Shown: one piece after another, positions 38,930-49,293 of the stretch | How the letters are laid out: each line of letters starts with the position of its first letter | Position numbering within the stretch: position 1 is the first letter of the stretch | From: a virus | Lineage: Duplodnaviria; Caudoviricetes | Reading direction: 5' to 3' (one strand) | IMG/VR virus record: IMGVR_UViG_3300022912_000005 | Location: 1 to 64,000 of that record | DNA length: 64,000 nt | Position numbers and translations under genes: made by a program | The notes under the pieces: generated by a model | What the model was told of the DNA's origin: nothing | Seen by the model: only the letters and a program-made list of their open reading frames with translations | The model's database searches: none

Positions 38930-39682
38930 ATGACAGAAAACACGTTTCCAACAGAATTCATAGAGTTACCAAGCCAAGGATTAGTATATCCAAAAAGTAG
39001 TCCATTAAGTACAGGTAAAATTGAATTAAAATTTCCAACAGCAAGAGAAGAAGATATATTATCAAGCAACAGTTTAATAAAAAATGGAACTGTTATTGAG
39101 AAATTTATGGATTCATTAATTGTTGATAAGAAAATAAAAGCTACTGAATTAATTGGTGGTGATTCTGATGTAGTATTAATATCAGCTAGAGTATTGGCAT
39201 ATGGTCCAAAATATGAGACAGAGATCAGTATTCCAGGTGAAGGTAAGATTAAACACGTATTCAATTTAACTGAATGTGAATTTAAACCACTACCAGATGA
39301 TGTAAAATATAACAATAAAAATGAATTTAAATTTACATTACCACAATCAAAATCAGTTATCACATTCAAACTATTAACATACGGTGAAAGTGAATTAGTT
39401 GAAAAAAGAATAAAGACCATCACTAAGAAAACTGGAATGAGTGTATCACCTACAGTCACAACTAGATTAAAAGAGGCTATAATTGCAATAGATGGTAATG
39501 CTGATAGATCAACTGTATATTCAGCAATTGATAATATGTTAGCTATTGATTCATTAGAGTTAAGAAAAGAGATTCAAAGGGTTACACCAATATTAAATAC
39601 AGAATATATTATAGAAGTTGGAGGTGAAGACGTTACGGTAACATTGCCAATAGCGTTGGACTTTTTTTGGCCCAACATCTAA
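38930..39682 (+). CDS. Baseplate hub assembly protein / tail assembly chaperone (T4 gp26-like)
   Basis: IELPSQGLVY, TAREEDIL, GDSDVVLISARVLAYG, FKFTLPQS and ending DFFWP. Confidence 0.8.
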   Translation: MTENTFPTEFIELPSQGLVYPKSSPLSTGKIELKFPTAREEDILSSNSLIKNGTVIEKFMDSLIVDKKIKATELIGGDSDVVLISARVLAYGPKYETEISIPGEGKIKHVFNLTECEFKPLPDDVKYNNKNEFKFTLPQSKSVITFKLLTYGESELVEKRIKTITKKTGMSVSPTVTTRLKEAIIAIDGNADRSTVYSAIDNMLAIDSLELRKEIQRVTPILNTEYIIEVGGEDVTVTLPIALDFFWPNI

Positions 39683-39857
39683 TCTGACAATAAATGCCCA
39701 TAGTGAAATATTTGATCTAGTATACTATGGGCATTTTACACAGTCAGATGCATATAATATGCCAATCAACATAAGAAGGTTTTATTTAAATCGATTGATC
39801 ACATCGAAAAAAACAGAACAAGAATCTATAGATAACTTGAATAAAAAACAGAAGTAA
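39663..39857 (+). CDS. Unannotated overlapping ORF, probable frameshift extension of tail chaperone
   Basis: +1 frame from the T7 run reads FFGPTSNLTINAHSEIFDLVYYGHFTQSDAYNMPINIRRFYLNRLITSKKTEQE...; fills an otherwise empty gap; no obvious own start. Confidence 0.65.
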   Translation, partial: FFGPTSNLTINAHSEIFDLVYYGHFTQSDAYNMPINIRRFYLNRLITSKKTEQESIDNLNKKQK

Positions 39858-39859
39858 CC

Positions 39860-39868
39860 TATATTTAT
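39860..39868 (+). promoter_or_regulatory. TATATTTAT promoter-like motif
   Basis: Recurrent motif preceded by GAAGT. Confidence 0.55.
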
Positions 39869-39911
39869 TTATATACAAACAAATAAAGTTTATTCATAGG
39901 AGAATACGATT

Positions 39912-40154
39912 GTGAAGAAAAAGAAATCTATATTAAATCCAAAAAACATCATCTCTGAAGGCATTTTTGATATAATAAAATCATCTAAATTGGTTAAGAT
40001 TATTAAAGCGGCAACAAAAGCTGGAGCAACTGATCATGTGAAAAGTATAAATACTTCAATAGAACGATTAGAAAAATCATTAAATGTTGGAAAGAAACCA
40101 GAAGATCAAATTAAGTTGCAAAAAGTTAAATTAATAGACTTTTTTAGAAAGTAA
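39912..40154 (+). CDS. Hypothetical protein
   Basis: AGGAG RBS with GTG start; KNIISEG leader-like site. Confidence 0.6.
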   Translation: MKKKKSILNPKNIISEGIFDIIKSSKLVKIIKAATKAGATDHVKSINTSIERLEKSLNVGKKPEDQIKLQKVKLIDFFRK

Positions 40155-40164
40155 AATAATTTAG

Positions 40165-42081
40165 ATGCCTACCTCAGCTGAAATACAAATACAAAACGAA
40201 TTATTAAAAACTCATAAATCGTTATTGAGTGATATCAATGATCAATTATCTGAAAGTGATGAGGGATTTGCTGATCGTACCCGAGCTCAAAAGATTATGT
40301 TGAGTAACTATAGATCAATATTAAATTCTTCAAAAGATGACAATGCTACCAATAAATTAGGCAATAAACAGTTTGCTGAAAGATTGCGAGTCGTTGGGTT
40401 GATATTAGATGATAATAAATCTATAAAAGATTTAAATAAGGTAATAGCCACTAAAACAAAAGATATAAATAGATTAAAGAAAATAGGTCATGATTTTATA
40501 GCAGATGAAGTTCAAAATACAGTTGATTTATTATCTCAAGAACGAGATAGGCTGGAGAAGGGTGAAGCATTAAATGCTCTACAAAGTGAATTTGGTAGTT
40601 TAACTGGTGGTATAATGGGTAGTCTTGATCAAATCAAATCAAAAGGTGCATTGGCATTTGCTATAGGATCAGCATTCACAATATTGAAATTATTTTCAGA
40701 TACATTGGATGATATTGGTGCTAAGTTCGGTACAATTGGTGTTACAGAGTTTAGTAGAGAATTGGGATTTGCAGGAGCTAAAGCTAATAAACTTGGATTT
40801 GGGCTATCTGATGCAATGGATAGTGCTGAAGTATTATCATCAGAATTTGGTATAGCATTTGATTCAGCGATTGGTATGACTCAAGAAGTAGCTAATATCT
40901 CAAGAATATTAGGAATGTCAGTATCAGAAGGTGCAAAATTGGTTGGTGTATTGACTACAACAATGGGATTGTCAATTGAGCAATCAACATCAATGGCACA
41001 ACAAGTGGAGTTATTATCAAAACAACATAAAGTAGCACCAACAGCAGTAATGAAAGATATTGCAGAATCAGCTGAAACTATCGCTAAATTTACAAGTGCT
41101 GGTACAGATAATATTACAAAAGCGGCAATTCAAGCTAAAAAATTAGGAACTACTTTAGATGTGACTGCTCAAATTGCAGAAGGTTTATTAGATTTTGAGT
41201 CATCGATTCAGAGTGAGATTCAAGCATCATTATTAATTGGTAGAAGATTAAATTTTCAAAAGGCAAGAGAATTAGCATTAAATAATGACATTGCAGGAGC
41301 GATGGGTGAGGTAGTAAGTCAACTTGGTAGTGAAAGTGAATTTAATGCATTGAATGTAATTCAACGAAAAGCACTTGCAGAATCAATTGGTGTTGGAGTG
41401 GATGTATTGGCTAAGTTTGTTAGACATCAAAAGAAATCACTTACATTGACAGAATCACTTGCGAATAAAAAAGGATTCAGTGAAATAATGGGTGAAGATG
41501 CAATATCAAATTTAACAGAATTAATATTTCAGTTTAAAAGTTTAGGTGCAACATTGGTACAAACATTAGGACCTGCACTCAATATAATTGTTGGAGTTGT
41601 TGGTAGTCTCGTTAAATTAATTGATAAATTTATTGGATTGGCTCCACTTGCTATAACATTAACAGGGTTATGGGCAGTTAATACTGCAAGATTAGCAATT
41701 GCACAATTATTTGCAAAAGGGGCATTACTTGGTATTGCTGGAATAGCAGCCGCGGTAATTGGAACTAGTTTGGTGATAAAAGCTATGTCAAGTGTTCCCA
41801 AATTGGCTGATGGTGGTGTTGTAATGCCACGAGCTGGTGGAACTATTGTTAGAGTTGGTGAAGCAGGAAGTCCAGAAGCGATTGTACCATTGAATAAAGC
41901 AGGAATTGGTACAACAAGCTCAAATGATACACTTGCATTGAAACGTGATATTTCAGCGTATAAAATGGAATTAATAGGATTGCGATCAGACTTGAAGAAA
42001 TACTTTGGTACTGGTGGAAGTGCAATTAATGGTATTGGTAAATCAGTCAGTAAAAATATTGAAAATATAGCAACCGTATAA
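40165..42081 (+). CDS. Tape measure protein
   Basis: Helical, Ala/Gly-rich; LLDFESSIQSE, hydrophobic segments and LADGG...VGEAGSPEAIVPL motif; follows chaperone. Confidence 0.75.
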   Translation: MPTSAEIQIQNELLKTHKSLLSDINDQLSESDEGFADRTRAQKIMLSNYRSILNSSKDDNATNKLGNKQFAERLRVVGLILDDNKSIKDLNKVIATKTKDINRLKKIGHDFIADEVQNTVDLLSQERDRLEKGEALNALQSEFGSLTGGIMGSLDQIKSKGALAFAIGSAFTILKLFSDTLDDIGAKFGTIGVTEFSRELGFAGAKANKLGFGLSDAMDSAEVLSSEFGIAFDSAIGMTQEVANISRILGMSVSEGAKLVGVLTTTMGLSIEQSTSMAQQVELLSKQHKVAPTAVMKDIAESAETIAKFTSAGTDNITKAAIQAKKLGTTLDVTAQIAEGLLDFESSIQSEIQASLLIGRRLNFQKARELALNNDIAGAMGEVVSQLGSESEFNALNVIQRKALAESIGVGVDVLAKFVRHQKKSLTLTESLANKKGFSEIMGEDAISNLTELIFQFKSLGATLVQTLGPALNIIVGVVGSLVKLIDKFIGLAPLAITLTGLWAVNTARLAIAQLFAKGALLGIAGIAAAVIGTSLVIKAMSSVPKLADGGVVMPRAGGTIVRVGEAGSPEAIVPLNKAGIGTTSSNDTLALKRDISAYKMELIGLRSDLKKYFGTGGSAINGIGKSVSKNIENIATV

Positions 42082-42093
42082 TGGAGAAATGAA

Positions 42094-43341
42094 TTGGGTT
42101 TAGAAAGTTTAACAAGTGCATTTTCACGATTAAATACAGATGAACGACAAGCATTTGATTTAACAGAATTAAGTACAAATCTTGATTTAGATAGTACTGA
42201 TGTCAGATTCAAAGCTGGTATTGGTTTTCCTGGTGCTAAAACAAAATTGGTAGTTTCAACAAAAGGGATAGATGCAAGTTTCTTCTATATAGATACACCA
42301 ACGGGCAATATTAAAACTTATTCTAATATTATTGGTATAAGTGGTGCTGTGAATAACTTAGGACCAATATCAGATGTATTATCTAGTTTGGGTATAAATA
42401 CACCAAATATACCATTTGGAGCATCAATTGATGTAACTAAAGAAGCCAAGAAAATTGATGAATTTGTTAAAGATAAGAAGAATTCAATCAAGGATTTCTT
42501 TGGTGTTCAAGCTACAGCAACTATGGATGCTAATGAATTACCAAATATAGATAAAGCCACACAAAGTGAAATACTAAATGAAGATGAATTTAAAAAGAAT
42601 AAATCCATTGTAGAAAATAGTATATTAAATGATACGTACAAAAATCAAAAAGTAATTTCAGAAATTAAAGGGTTCCCACTATATTTTAAAGATTTACGAA
42701 ATAATACATACATAATATTTAGAGGATATATTGAAGGATTGACTGATAATATTGCTCCAAGTTGGAATGCTGAAACATATCCAGGTAAAAGTTCACCAAC
42801 ATATATTTATGAAAATACAAGTAGAGATATTTCATTCACATTAAAATTAATGGCACATAGTCAAAAAGAATTATCATCTATATATAAAAAATTAAATAGG
42901 TTGGTATCATTGTGTTATCCAGAATATAAAATTGATGATGGGTTGAGTATGACAAAGAGTACACCACAAACTGAAATCATAAATACAGGAGATAGTGGAT
43001 TTGATACATCAGAGATAGGCTTTGAAGCATCAGAAGATGTAACAGTAACTACTACAATATCTGATAAAATACGAATGAAGGCTCCTGTATTAAAACTTAG
43101 AATTGGTGACGTGTTTGGTACACCAGGGTCTGGATTGATTGGGCATTTAACAAATATAAATCCAACATTTCCAGATGAATCACCGTGGGAAATTGAGCTT
43201 GGCAAAAAAGTACCAAAGTTTATTGATGTTGCAATTACATATCAAGTAATGCATAGTGAAGTACCAGGAATTGAAGTATCAGAGAGTGGTGAAACAACAC
43301 AAACAAATTTCTATGGATATGTAGGAGATAGTGATGCGTAG
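42094..43341 (+). CDS. Baseplate / tail tube initiator-like protein
   Basis: IIFRGYIEGLTDN..PSW...YIYENTSRDISF and PVLKLRIGD; synteny. Confidence 0.6.
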   Translation: MGLESLTSAFSRLNTDERQAFDLTELSTNLDLDSTDVRFKAGIGFPGAKTKLVVSTKGIDASFFYIDTPTGNIKTYSNIIGISGAVNNLGPISDVLSSLGINTPNIPFGASIDVTKEAKKIDEFVKDKKNSIKDFFGVQATATMDANELPNIDKATQSEILNEDEFKKNKSIVENSILNDTYKNQKVISEIKGFPLYFKDLRNNTYIIFRGYIEGLTDNIAPSWNAETYPGKSSPTYIYENTSRDISFTLKLMAHSQKELSSIYKKLNRLVSLCYPEYKIDDGLSMTKSTPQTEIINTGDSGFDTSEIGFEASEDVTVTTTISDKIRMKAPVLKLRIGDVFGTPGSGLIGHLTNINPTFPDESPWEIELGKKVPKFIDVAITYQVMHSEVPGIEVSESGETTQTNFYGYVGDSDA

Positions 43342-43609
43342 ATATAAAGGTACAAAAAGATCAATTGATGATGCTACTGGTAAATTGAAATATGATACTA
43401 CATTATATCAAACAATTCCAGATCGAGATGGTGATTTATTTATTATAACTCAAGATGGTGATAGATTAGATAATCTTGCATATAGATTTTATAAAGATTC
43501 TTCATTATGGTGGTATATAGCAAATGCTAATAATATACAAACTATGAATGTAGAGTCGGGTTTACAATTAAGAATACCAGTTTCATTATCCAATGCTAAA
43601 GGATTTTAA
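43334..43609 (+). CDS. LysM-like baseplate protein (gp53-like)
   Basis: GDRLDNLAYRFYKDSSLWWYIANAN...GLQLRIP. Confidence 0.85.
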   Translation: MRRYKGTKRSIDDATGKLKYDTTLYQTIPDRDGDLFIITQDGDRLDNLAYRFYKDSSLWWYIANANNIQTMNVESGLQLRIPVSLSNAKGF

Positions 43610-43612
43610 AAA

Positions 43613-46483
43613 ATGATTGATATTAATAAACGTGTATTTGGAAATCAAATTCCAAATGAAGTTCGTGAAGTATTAGAAACTAGAAAACAGTTATCCAGAG
43701 GTAAAGGACCAAACGAAGAATTAGAAGTCTCAACAGATATGGTATTAAACTTTGATGGTGAAGCTGAATTATCATCACGTACACCATTTATTAGAATGTG
43801 GACTGCAATTGCGGCTACTCAAGGAAATAGTACTGGTGGTATTATATATGAAGTTGGAAATAATATATATAATAATTTAAGATTAGATGAACAATTTGGA
43901 AATATCACAGGAAATTCAACCAGATGGGGTGCTAATATGTCTGAAATATTACCAATGGAATTTGAATTAAATAAGAATGATTTTCTACGATATCCAGCCG
44001 CTATCAAAAGTTTAACATCAGAAACAAAAGGTACATTAGGAATAACTCGTGAAACTACAATTGAATTTGTTGTACATAATATTTATGATTATAATAATAT
44101 ATATAGTGTGTTCTTTACAAAACCAGGTGCTCAGATATTTGTTGATTATGGTTGGGATACTGCAAAATTGTACGATACGAAGGATATAGTATCAGGTGAT
44201 AGTCTAGGTATATCTAAACTGATATACGGCGATAATGGGGCAATTTTGGGCTCCAGAGGCGACTTAAATGTAGTGTATGGTGTTGTTACAGATTTTACAG
44301 TTACACCAACTACTACTGATTCATTCGATATAAGTTTAACAATATTATCAAAAAATACAACAATATTAAATTCTAGCTTAGTTGATGGATATGATGATGC
44401 AAAACAAACATTGATTAAATTATTAGATATTAAAGTTATTGATTATGCGGCTCGATTTTTCATTGATCCAAATACAGGAGCACCTTATAGTTTTTTGATT
44501 GATGGGTGGATATATTTAGAAGATAAAGAAACATACATAAACAGAGCAAAAATGTTTGCATCATTAAAATTAAGTGGAGCTGAAGGAAATATAACTGAAA
44601 ATGAATTATTATCTGGGGTGTATTGGCAAACAACAGATGATGGTGATCCAAATATTGATGGTGAGGATAGTGTATTTATATCATGGGGCTTATTTGAAGA
44701 TTTAATATTGAATGCTGAATTTGGTGTTGGGACTGATATTAAAACTATATTGGAAGGTAAGAATTTTGAAGGTAGATTTGACTCATCACAATCATTAATT
44801 CGATATAATAGACGATTGGTAGATAAGCAAAATTATAATGAAAATAAAGAATTGTCTGCATTTTTATATCCACCTAAACATTTAGTCGTTGGTGATGATG
44901 CAAAAACATTCAATACGATTACAAATAAATCAGTTGAATATAAATATGATACTGCATCATTTATACCAATGAGAGAATTATTTGTTAAGGTATCAGTGAT
45001 TAAACATGCGATTAGTACTCAAGATACATTACGTAAAGCACTTGCTGAAATATTTAGAATGATAAATTTGGCATCAAATGATGTGTTTTCTTTGAAATTG
45101 ATGTCTGGTGATTTATCTGATTCTGTATTATCAGTTATTGATCAAAATTCAATGTTTACTAAAGCTGAGGAATCTGATAATTTTAATGATATGTTTGTGT
45201 TTGAATTAAATTCACCAAATTCATTGGTTAAAGATTATTCATTTTCATATTCATTAGGTGGTGGTGATTTGCAGAGTATGTACGCAATACAGGGTGCTAG
45301 TGCCAATAATACATTCTTCCCAACAAATAATATGATCGATAAGTTTTTAACAATGAAGGGTGCTTTATATCAACCAGATGAGGGTATTCAATTATATAAT
45401 GTACCAACAACTGATACAATACTTACACATAAAACTGATAGAATATTGGTTAATATGGACATGCAACATGAATATATCAATAGACGAGCATATGACGATG
45501 TTAATTTTATAAAAGAAATTGGTAATCTTGGTGAATTAACAGCTGATGAGCTTGGATTAATAATACCAGAAAAAGATAAAACACCTATACAAAATGAATC
45601 AATTTCAGCTGAAGATAAAGAAGATATAATAAAAGATGAACGTGAATTATATGCAAAAAATGACATGATAATCAATGAAAATTTATTATTACCTACCACA
45701 ATAGATTCATATTTTGAAGATAAAATAAATGAAAATTTTATATTGAATGATAAATCAACATACGTTGGTATTGAATTTTCTATGGATATATATGGAATAT
45801 CATCATTATCATATGGTGATGTGTTTAGAATTGATCATTTACCAGAGCGATATAGTGACATGGTTTATTTTCAAATAACAGGTATATCAGATGATGTATC
45901 GACATCAGGTTGGACTACTAAATTAACTACAATAATGCGTTTACGTAGTAATATTAAAAAAAATAATAAAAAACTTATGGTTTTCACGGATATCACCTAT
46001 ATTTATATAAGTAAAGTAGTTTTAAGCAACATTATAAAGGGTAATTCAGTTAACAATAAATTTATATATAAATTAGTACCAATTCCATCATATTTTAAAA
46101 ATATAAAATATGCATTCACATTTGAATCAGCTGAAGATGGTACGTTTGAAAATAATACTGGTAGAGATAAGGATGGCAAAGGTAACGATTTTTTAATACC
46201 ATTAACTGATAACATTATAAATGCTGGTGTTGTTAATACATTTTCACAAATTAATACTGACACAATTGAAGACTCTGAAGTCTCATATGGAGTTGTAGGT
46301 GCTGATGCTGAGGTTATAACGACAACCTATCTTACAGTAAAAAATACTAATTTGAAAAAAAGTGATAAATGTTTATTGCTTGTTGGTGATAACAATATAA
46401 GCATTTGTCACAAGTTACAACCAACTGATAATATGAAACAACTACAAACAGGATTCTCAAAAGCATTCTTAGCAACAGTATAG
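43613..46483 (+). CDS. Large baseplate hub-like protein
   Basis: PGAQIFVDYGW and GISSLSYGDVFRIDHLP...FQITGISDDVSTSGWTTKL; synteny. Confidence 0.55.
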   Translation: MIDINKRVFGNQIPNEVREVLETRKQLSRGKGPNEELEVSTDMVLNFDGEAELSSRTPFIRMWTAIAATQGNSTGGIIYEVGNNIYNNLRLDEQFGNITGNSTRWGANMSEILPMEFELNKNDFLRYPAAIKSLTSETKGTLGITRETTIEFVVHNIYDYNNIYSVFFTKPGAQIFVDYGWDTAKLYDTKDIVSGDSLGISKLIYGDNGAILGSRGDLNVVYGVVTDFTVTPTTTDSFDISLTILSKNTTILNSSLVDGYDDAKQTLIKLLDIKVIDYAARFFIDPNTGAPYSFLIDGWIYLEDKETYINRAKMFASLKLSGAEGNITENELLSGVYWQTTDDGDPNIDGEDSVFISWGLFEDLILNAEFGVGTDIKTILEGKNFEGRFDSSQSLIRYNRRLVDKQNYNENKELSAFLYPPKHLVVGDDAKTFNTITNKSVEYKYDTASFIPMRELFVKVSVIKHAISTQDTLRKALAEIFRMINLASNDVFSLKLMSGDLSDSVLSVIDQNSMFTKAEESDNFNDMFVFELNSPNSLVKDYSFSYSLGGGDLQSMYAIQGASANNTFFPTNNMIDKFLTMKGALYQPDEGIQLYNVPTTDTILTHKTDRILVNMDMQHEYINRRAYDDVNFIKEIGNLGELTADELGLIIPEKDKTPIQNESISAEDKEDIIKDERELYAKNDMIINENLLLPTTIDSYFEDKINENFILNDKSTYVGIEFSMDIYGISSLSYGDVFRIDHLPERYSDMVYFQITGISDDVSTSGWTTKLTTIMRLRSNIKKNNKKLMVFTDITYIYISKVVLSNIIKGNSVNNKFIYKLVPIPSYFKNIKYAFTFESAEDGTFENNTGRDKDGKGNDFLIPLTDNIINAGVVNTFSQINTDTIEDSEVSYGVVGADAEVITTTYLTVKNTNLKKSDKCLLLVGDNNISICHKLQPTDNMKQLQTGFSKAFLATV

Positions 46484-46490
46484 GATATAT

Positions 46491-47753
46491 ATGTATATAG
46501 TTTTACCAATATTTTCAGACGTAAAAGAACATTATATGGATAATAGATTATCTTTATTATATGTTGAAGATTATGATACTGGACAATCTGATATATATTC
46601 CATCAATAATTGTGATAAATATGATACATTAGATTTTGAATTCTTGAACACTGCTGATATTATAACATTCAATAAAAAGGAATTATATAATATTATTGAT
46701 ATAGACAGAGATAATGTATATGATATCAATTTGTTAAATTATTTCATTGAGAATAAAAAGATGAATTTTAGTAGTGATGCAGATACAAGTTTAAATTGGT
46801 ATAAGTTAAAATATAGGCATCTTAAAAATGTAAATGATATAATACCATCAGTGAAACATAAGCAATATTTACGAGGATTGTCTACAGAGCTTAAACGAGT
46901 GTGGAATGCTAAGGATACAATACAATTTGATAGTTATGCAGATTATAATAATAAAGTACTATCAGCATTCAATTCATTAGATAGAATTAAATTATCATTA
47001 TCGACACGACAGAGTTTAAATTCATTAATAGATAAAAATCATATATATCAGAACTTTAATATATATACCAAAACAGGTAGAACGAGTAACACATTCAATT
47101 CTGTTAATTTTCTTGCTATGACAAAAGAAATGCAAAAATGCTTTGTTGCTTCAAATGATGTATTTCTATCATATGATTATGATGCATATCATGTAAGATT
47201 AATTGCCAATTTAATAAATTATAACTTCAACAATGTTGAGTCTGTTCATTCATTATTTGCTGATAATTATGGATGTTCATATGATGAAGGTAAGTCACGA
47301 ACATTTAGAATTATGTATGGTGGAATAACAGATGAAGATTTGAAGATTGAATTCTTTTTTAGAGTGAATGAATATGTCAATGAATTATGGAATAAGTATA
47401 TAACAGATAGATATATAGAGACTCCAATATATAGAAGAAGAATGTATAAGAGAAATTTAACAATCAATAACAAATATAAACTATTAAGTTATTTGGTACA
47501 AGCATATGAAACTGAACTTAATGCAAACATTATAACCAAATTACAAGAATATTTGAAAGACAAAGAGAGTAAATTGATACTGTATAATTATGACAGTTTC
47601 ACATTTGATATTTCATATAAAGATGGTATAAATGTGATACCAGATACTAAGAATATAATAGAGAATAATATATTTAAAGCAAAGGTATATTACGGCAAAT
47701 CTTTAGATAATTTAACAAACGTTACGGAGAAAGTAAATGAGAGATATAAATAA
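46491..47753 (+). CDS. Compact family A DNA polymerase-like protein
   Basis: TKTGR, motif A YDYDAYHVRL, motif B KSRTFRIMYGG, YLVQAYET, motif C LYNYDSFTFD. Confidence 0.75.
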   Translation: MYIVLPIFSDVKEHYMDNRLSLLYVEDYDTGQSDIYSINNCDKYDTLDFEFLNTADIITFNKKELYNIIDIDRDNVYDINLLNYFIENKKMNFSSDADTSLNWYKLKYRHLKNVNDIIPSVKHKQYLRGLSTELKRVWNAKDTIQFDSYADYNNKVLSAFNSLDRIKLSLSTRQSLNSLIDKNHIYQNFNIYTKTGRTSNTFNSVNFLAMTKEMQKCFVASNDVFLSYDYDAYHVRLIANLINYNFNNVESVHSLFADNYGCSYDEGKSRTFRIMYGGITDEDLKIEFFFRVNEYVNELWNKYITDRYIETPIYRRRMYKRNLTINNKYKLLSYLVQAYETELNANIITKLQEYLKDKESKLILYNYDSFTFDISYKDGINVIPDTKNIIENNIFKAKVYYGKSLDNLTNVTEKVNERYK

Positions 47754-48075
47754 AAGTACATTCATAGATGATGTATTACTAGAATTATCAATGAGAGTTG
47801 ATAATGGAATGCCAGATTTAAATGATAAAGCACATCTCAAGGTATTACGAGAGATATTAATTGAATGGAACGTTGATGAGACATTCATACGACAATATAT
47901 TAAAAATATAAAAGATGGTCCAGTTGAAACGATATATGAAGTTGATCTAACTGGGGATGTTGCTAAGGATTTACAAAAGCAACAAAAAATTGATGATAAA
48001 AAAGAAAAGAAAGAGGATGATGAAGATGAAAAGAAAGACGATGAAAGAGATGAGAAATTAAATGATAAAGACTGA
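47737..48075 (+). CDS. Hypothetical protein
   Basis: ELSMRVDNGMPDL N-terminus, charged tail. Confidence 0.6.
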   Translation: MRDINKSTFIDDVLLELSMRVDNGMPDLNDKAHLKVLREILIEWNVDETFIRQYIKNIKDGPVETIYEVDLTGDVAKDLQKQQKIDDKKEKKEDDEDEKKDDERDEKLNDKD

Positions 48076-48502
48076 TAATAACAACACAACTACAGCGTAT
48101 GTGAAAACGCAACTATTGTGTACATTTACAGATAGGATAAGTTTACTACGAGTTGTAGATAAAATACAAGACATATATAAAATACCAACTGGTAAAATAT
48201 ATATACTACAGAACACTGATAATATTCAAGAGTTCATATGTACATATAATATTGAGATAGCTGAGAGTATGGATTTTTCACAAATACCGAATACAATAAC
48301 AGTGCATAGAAAAAAACATACCAGAACTATATATACAATTAATAGTCTGAATGAACTTATTAAAAACTTCAATAATGGTGTGCTTGATACGTCATTTGAA
48401 GTGCCGTGGGAAAACTTTCAAGATATGGTCATTGTGAGCAATAATAATGAACTTCAAAAAATAAACACGAAACTGTATAAAGTAGTCAATGTAATCGATT
48501 AA
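48062..48502 (+). CDS. Hypothetical protein
   Basis: QLLCTF...CTYN...VHRKKHTRTIYTINSLN. Confidence 0.7.
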   Translation: MIKTDNNNTTTAYVKTQLLCTFTDRISLLRVVDKIQDIYKIPTGKIYILQNTDNIQEFICTYNIEIAESMDFSQIPNTITVHRKKHTRTIYTINSLNELIKNFNNGVLDTSFEVPWENFQDMVIVSNNNELQKINTKLYKVVNVID

Positions 48503-48519
48503 TTAAATAAGAGGGATAT

Positions 48520-49293
48520 ATGAATAAAAAAGAGATTTATTTCTTTTTTTCTATAGGATGTGCATATTGCAAAAAAGCAGAACCACATATTGAAAAATTG
48601 AATAAAGAAGGTTACAACGTTACAAAATTAGACGTTGCAGATATAAAAAATAAAAAAGCATTTGCTGAAATAAAAAAAGAACTTGATATTAAATGTGGAA
48701 CACCACTATTTGTTGATGTAGAATCTGATAGATTTCTATGTGGATATAGAGACTTCGATACATTACATAGTTGGTTAGAAGGTGCTGATGTACCATCACA
48801 TATAGGTCCAATTACAAAACCACCAATATTACCACTAATGGATGCAAAATCAACTGAAGTTGATAAGTTCAAGAAAGAATATAAAAAATGGGTATCAGAT
48901 AATTCACATATGGAGAATATGCGAAATGTTGATGATATGTTGAAAAACAGACCTAAGACTAAACCACCAGTACCACCTAAAAATATAACAGATGTCACAT
49001 TGAAAGCATTTAAGAAAGAGTATACTACATGGCAATCTGAAAATACACATTTGAAGAATTTAATAGATGTTGATAAAGTCATACAGATGTTAAAACAAAG
49101 AGCGAATGTTACCAATACAGCATCTACAGGTGTTACCATACCACATGTTAAAACTATAAATACATCATTTTATTATATGGTTGAAAATGGTAAAAATGTT
49201 AAAGTATATGCAGATAGTGAATATATAAAAAAACTACAACAAACTCATTATATGAGAGATACTACAGGTAAATTAACAAAAGTTGTAATTTAA
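48520..49293 (+). CDS. Thioredoxin/glutaredoxin-fold protein with repeated C-terminal extension
   Basis: CAYC motif and GTP cis-Pro loop; two KPP...FKKEY..W...N.H repeats. Confidence 0.7.
   Translation: MNKKEIYFFFSIGCAYCKKAEPHIEKLNKEGYNVTKLDVADIKNKKAFAEIKKELDIKCGTPLFVDVESDRFLCGYRDFDTLHSWLEGADVPSHIGPITKPPILPLMDAKSTEVDKFKKEYKKWVSDNSHMENMRNVDDMLKNRPKTKPPVPPKNITDVTLKAFKKEYTTWQSENTHLKNLIDVDKVIQMLKQRANVTNTASTGVTIPHVKTINTSFYYMVENGKNVKVYADSEYIKKLQQTHYMRDTTGKLTKVVI

Noticed and set aside
41529-42212. 227-aa minus-strand ORF and other minus-strand ORFs in the track
   Set aside because: All overlap well-supported + strand genes, and none shows a recognisable motif
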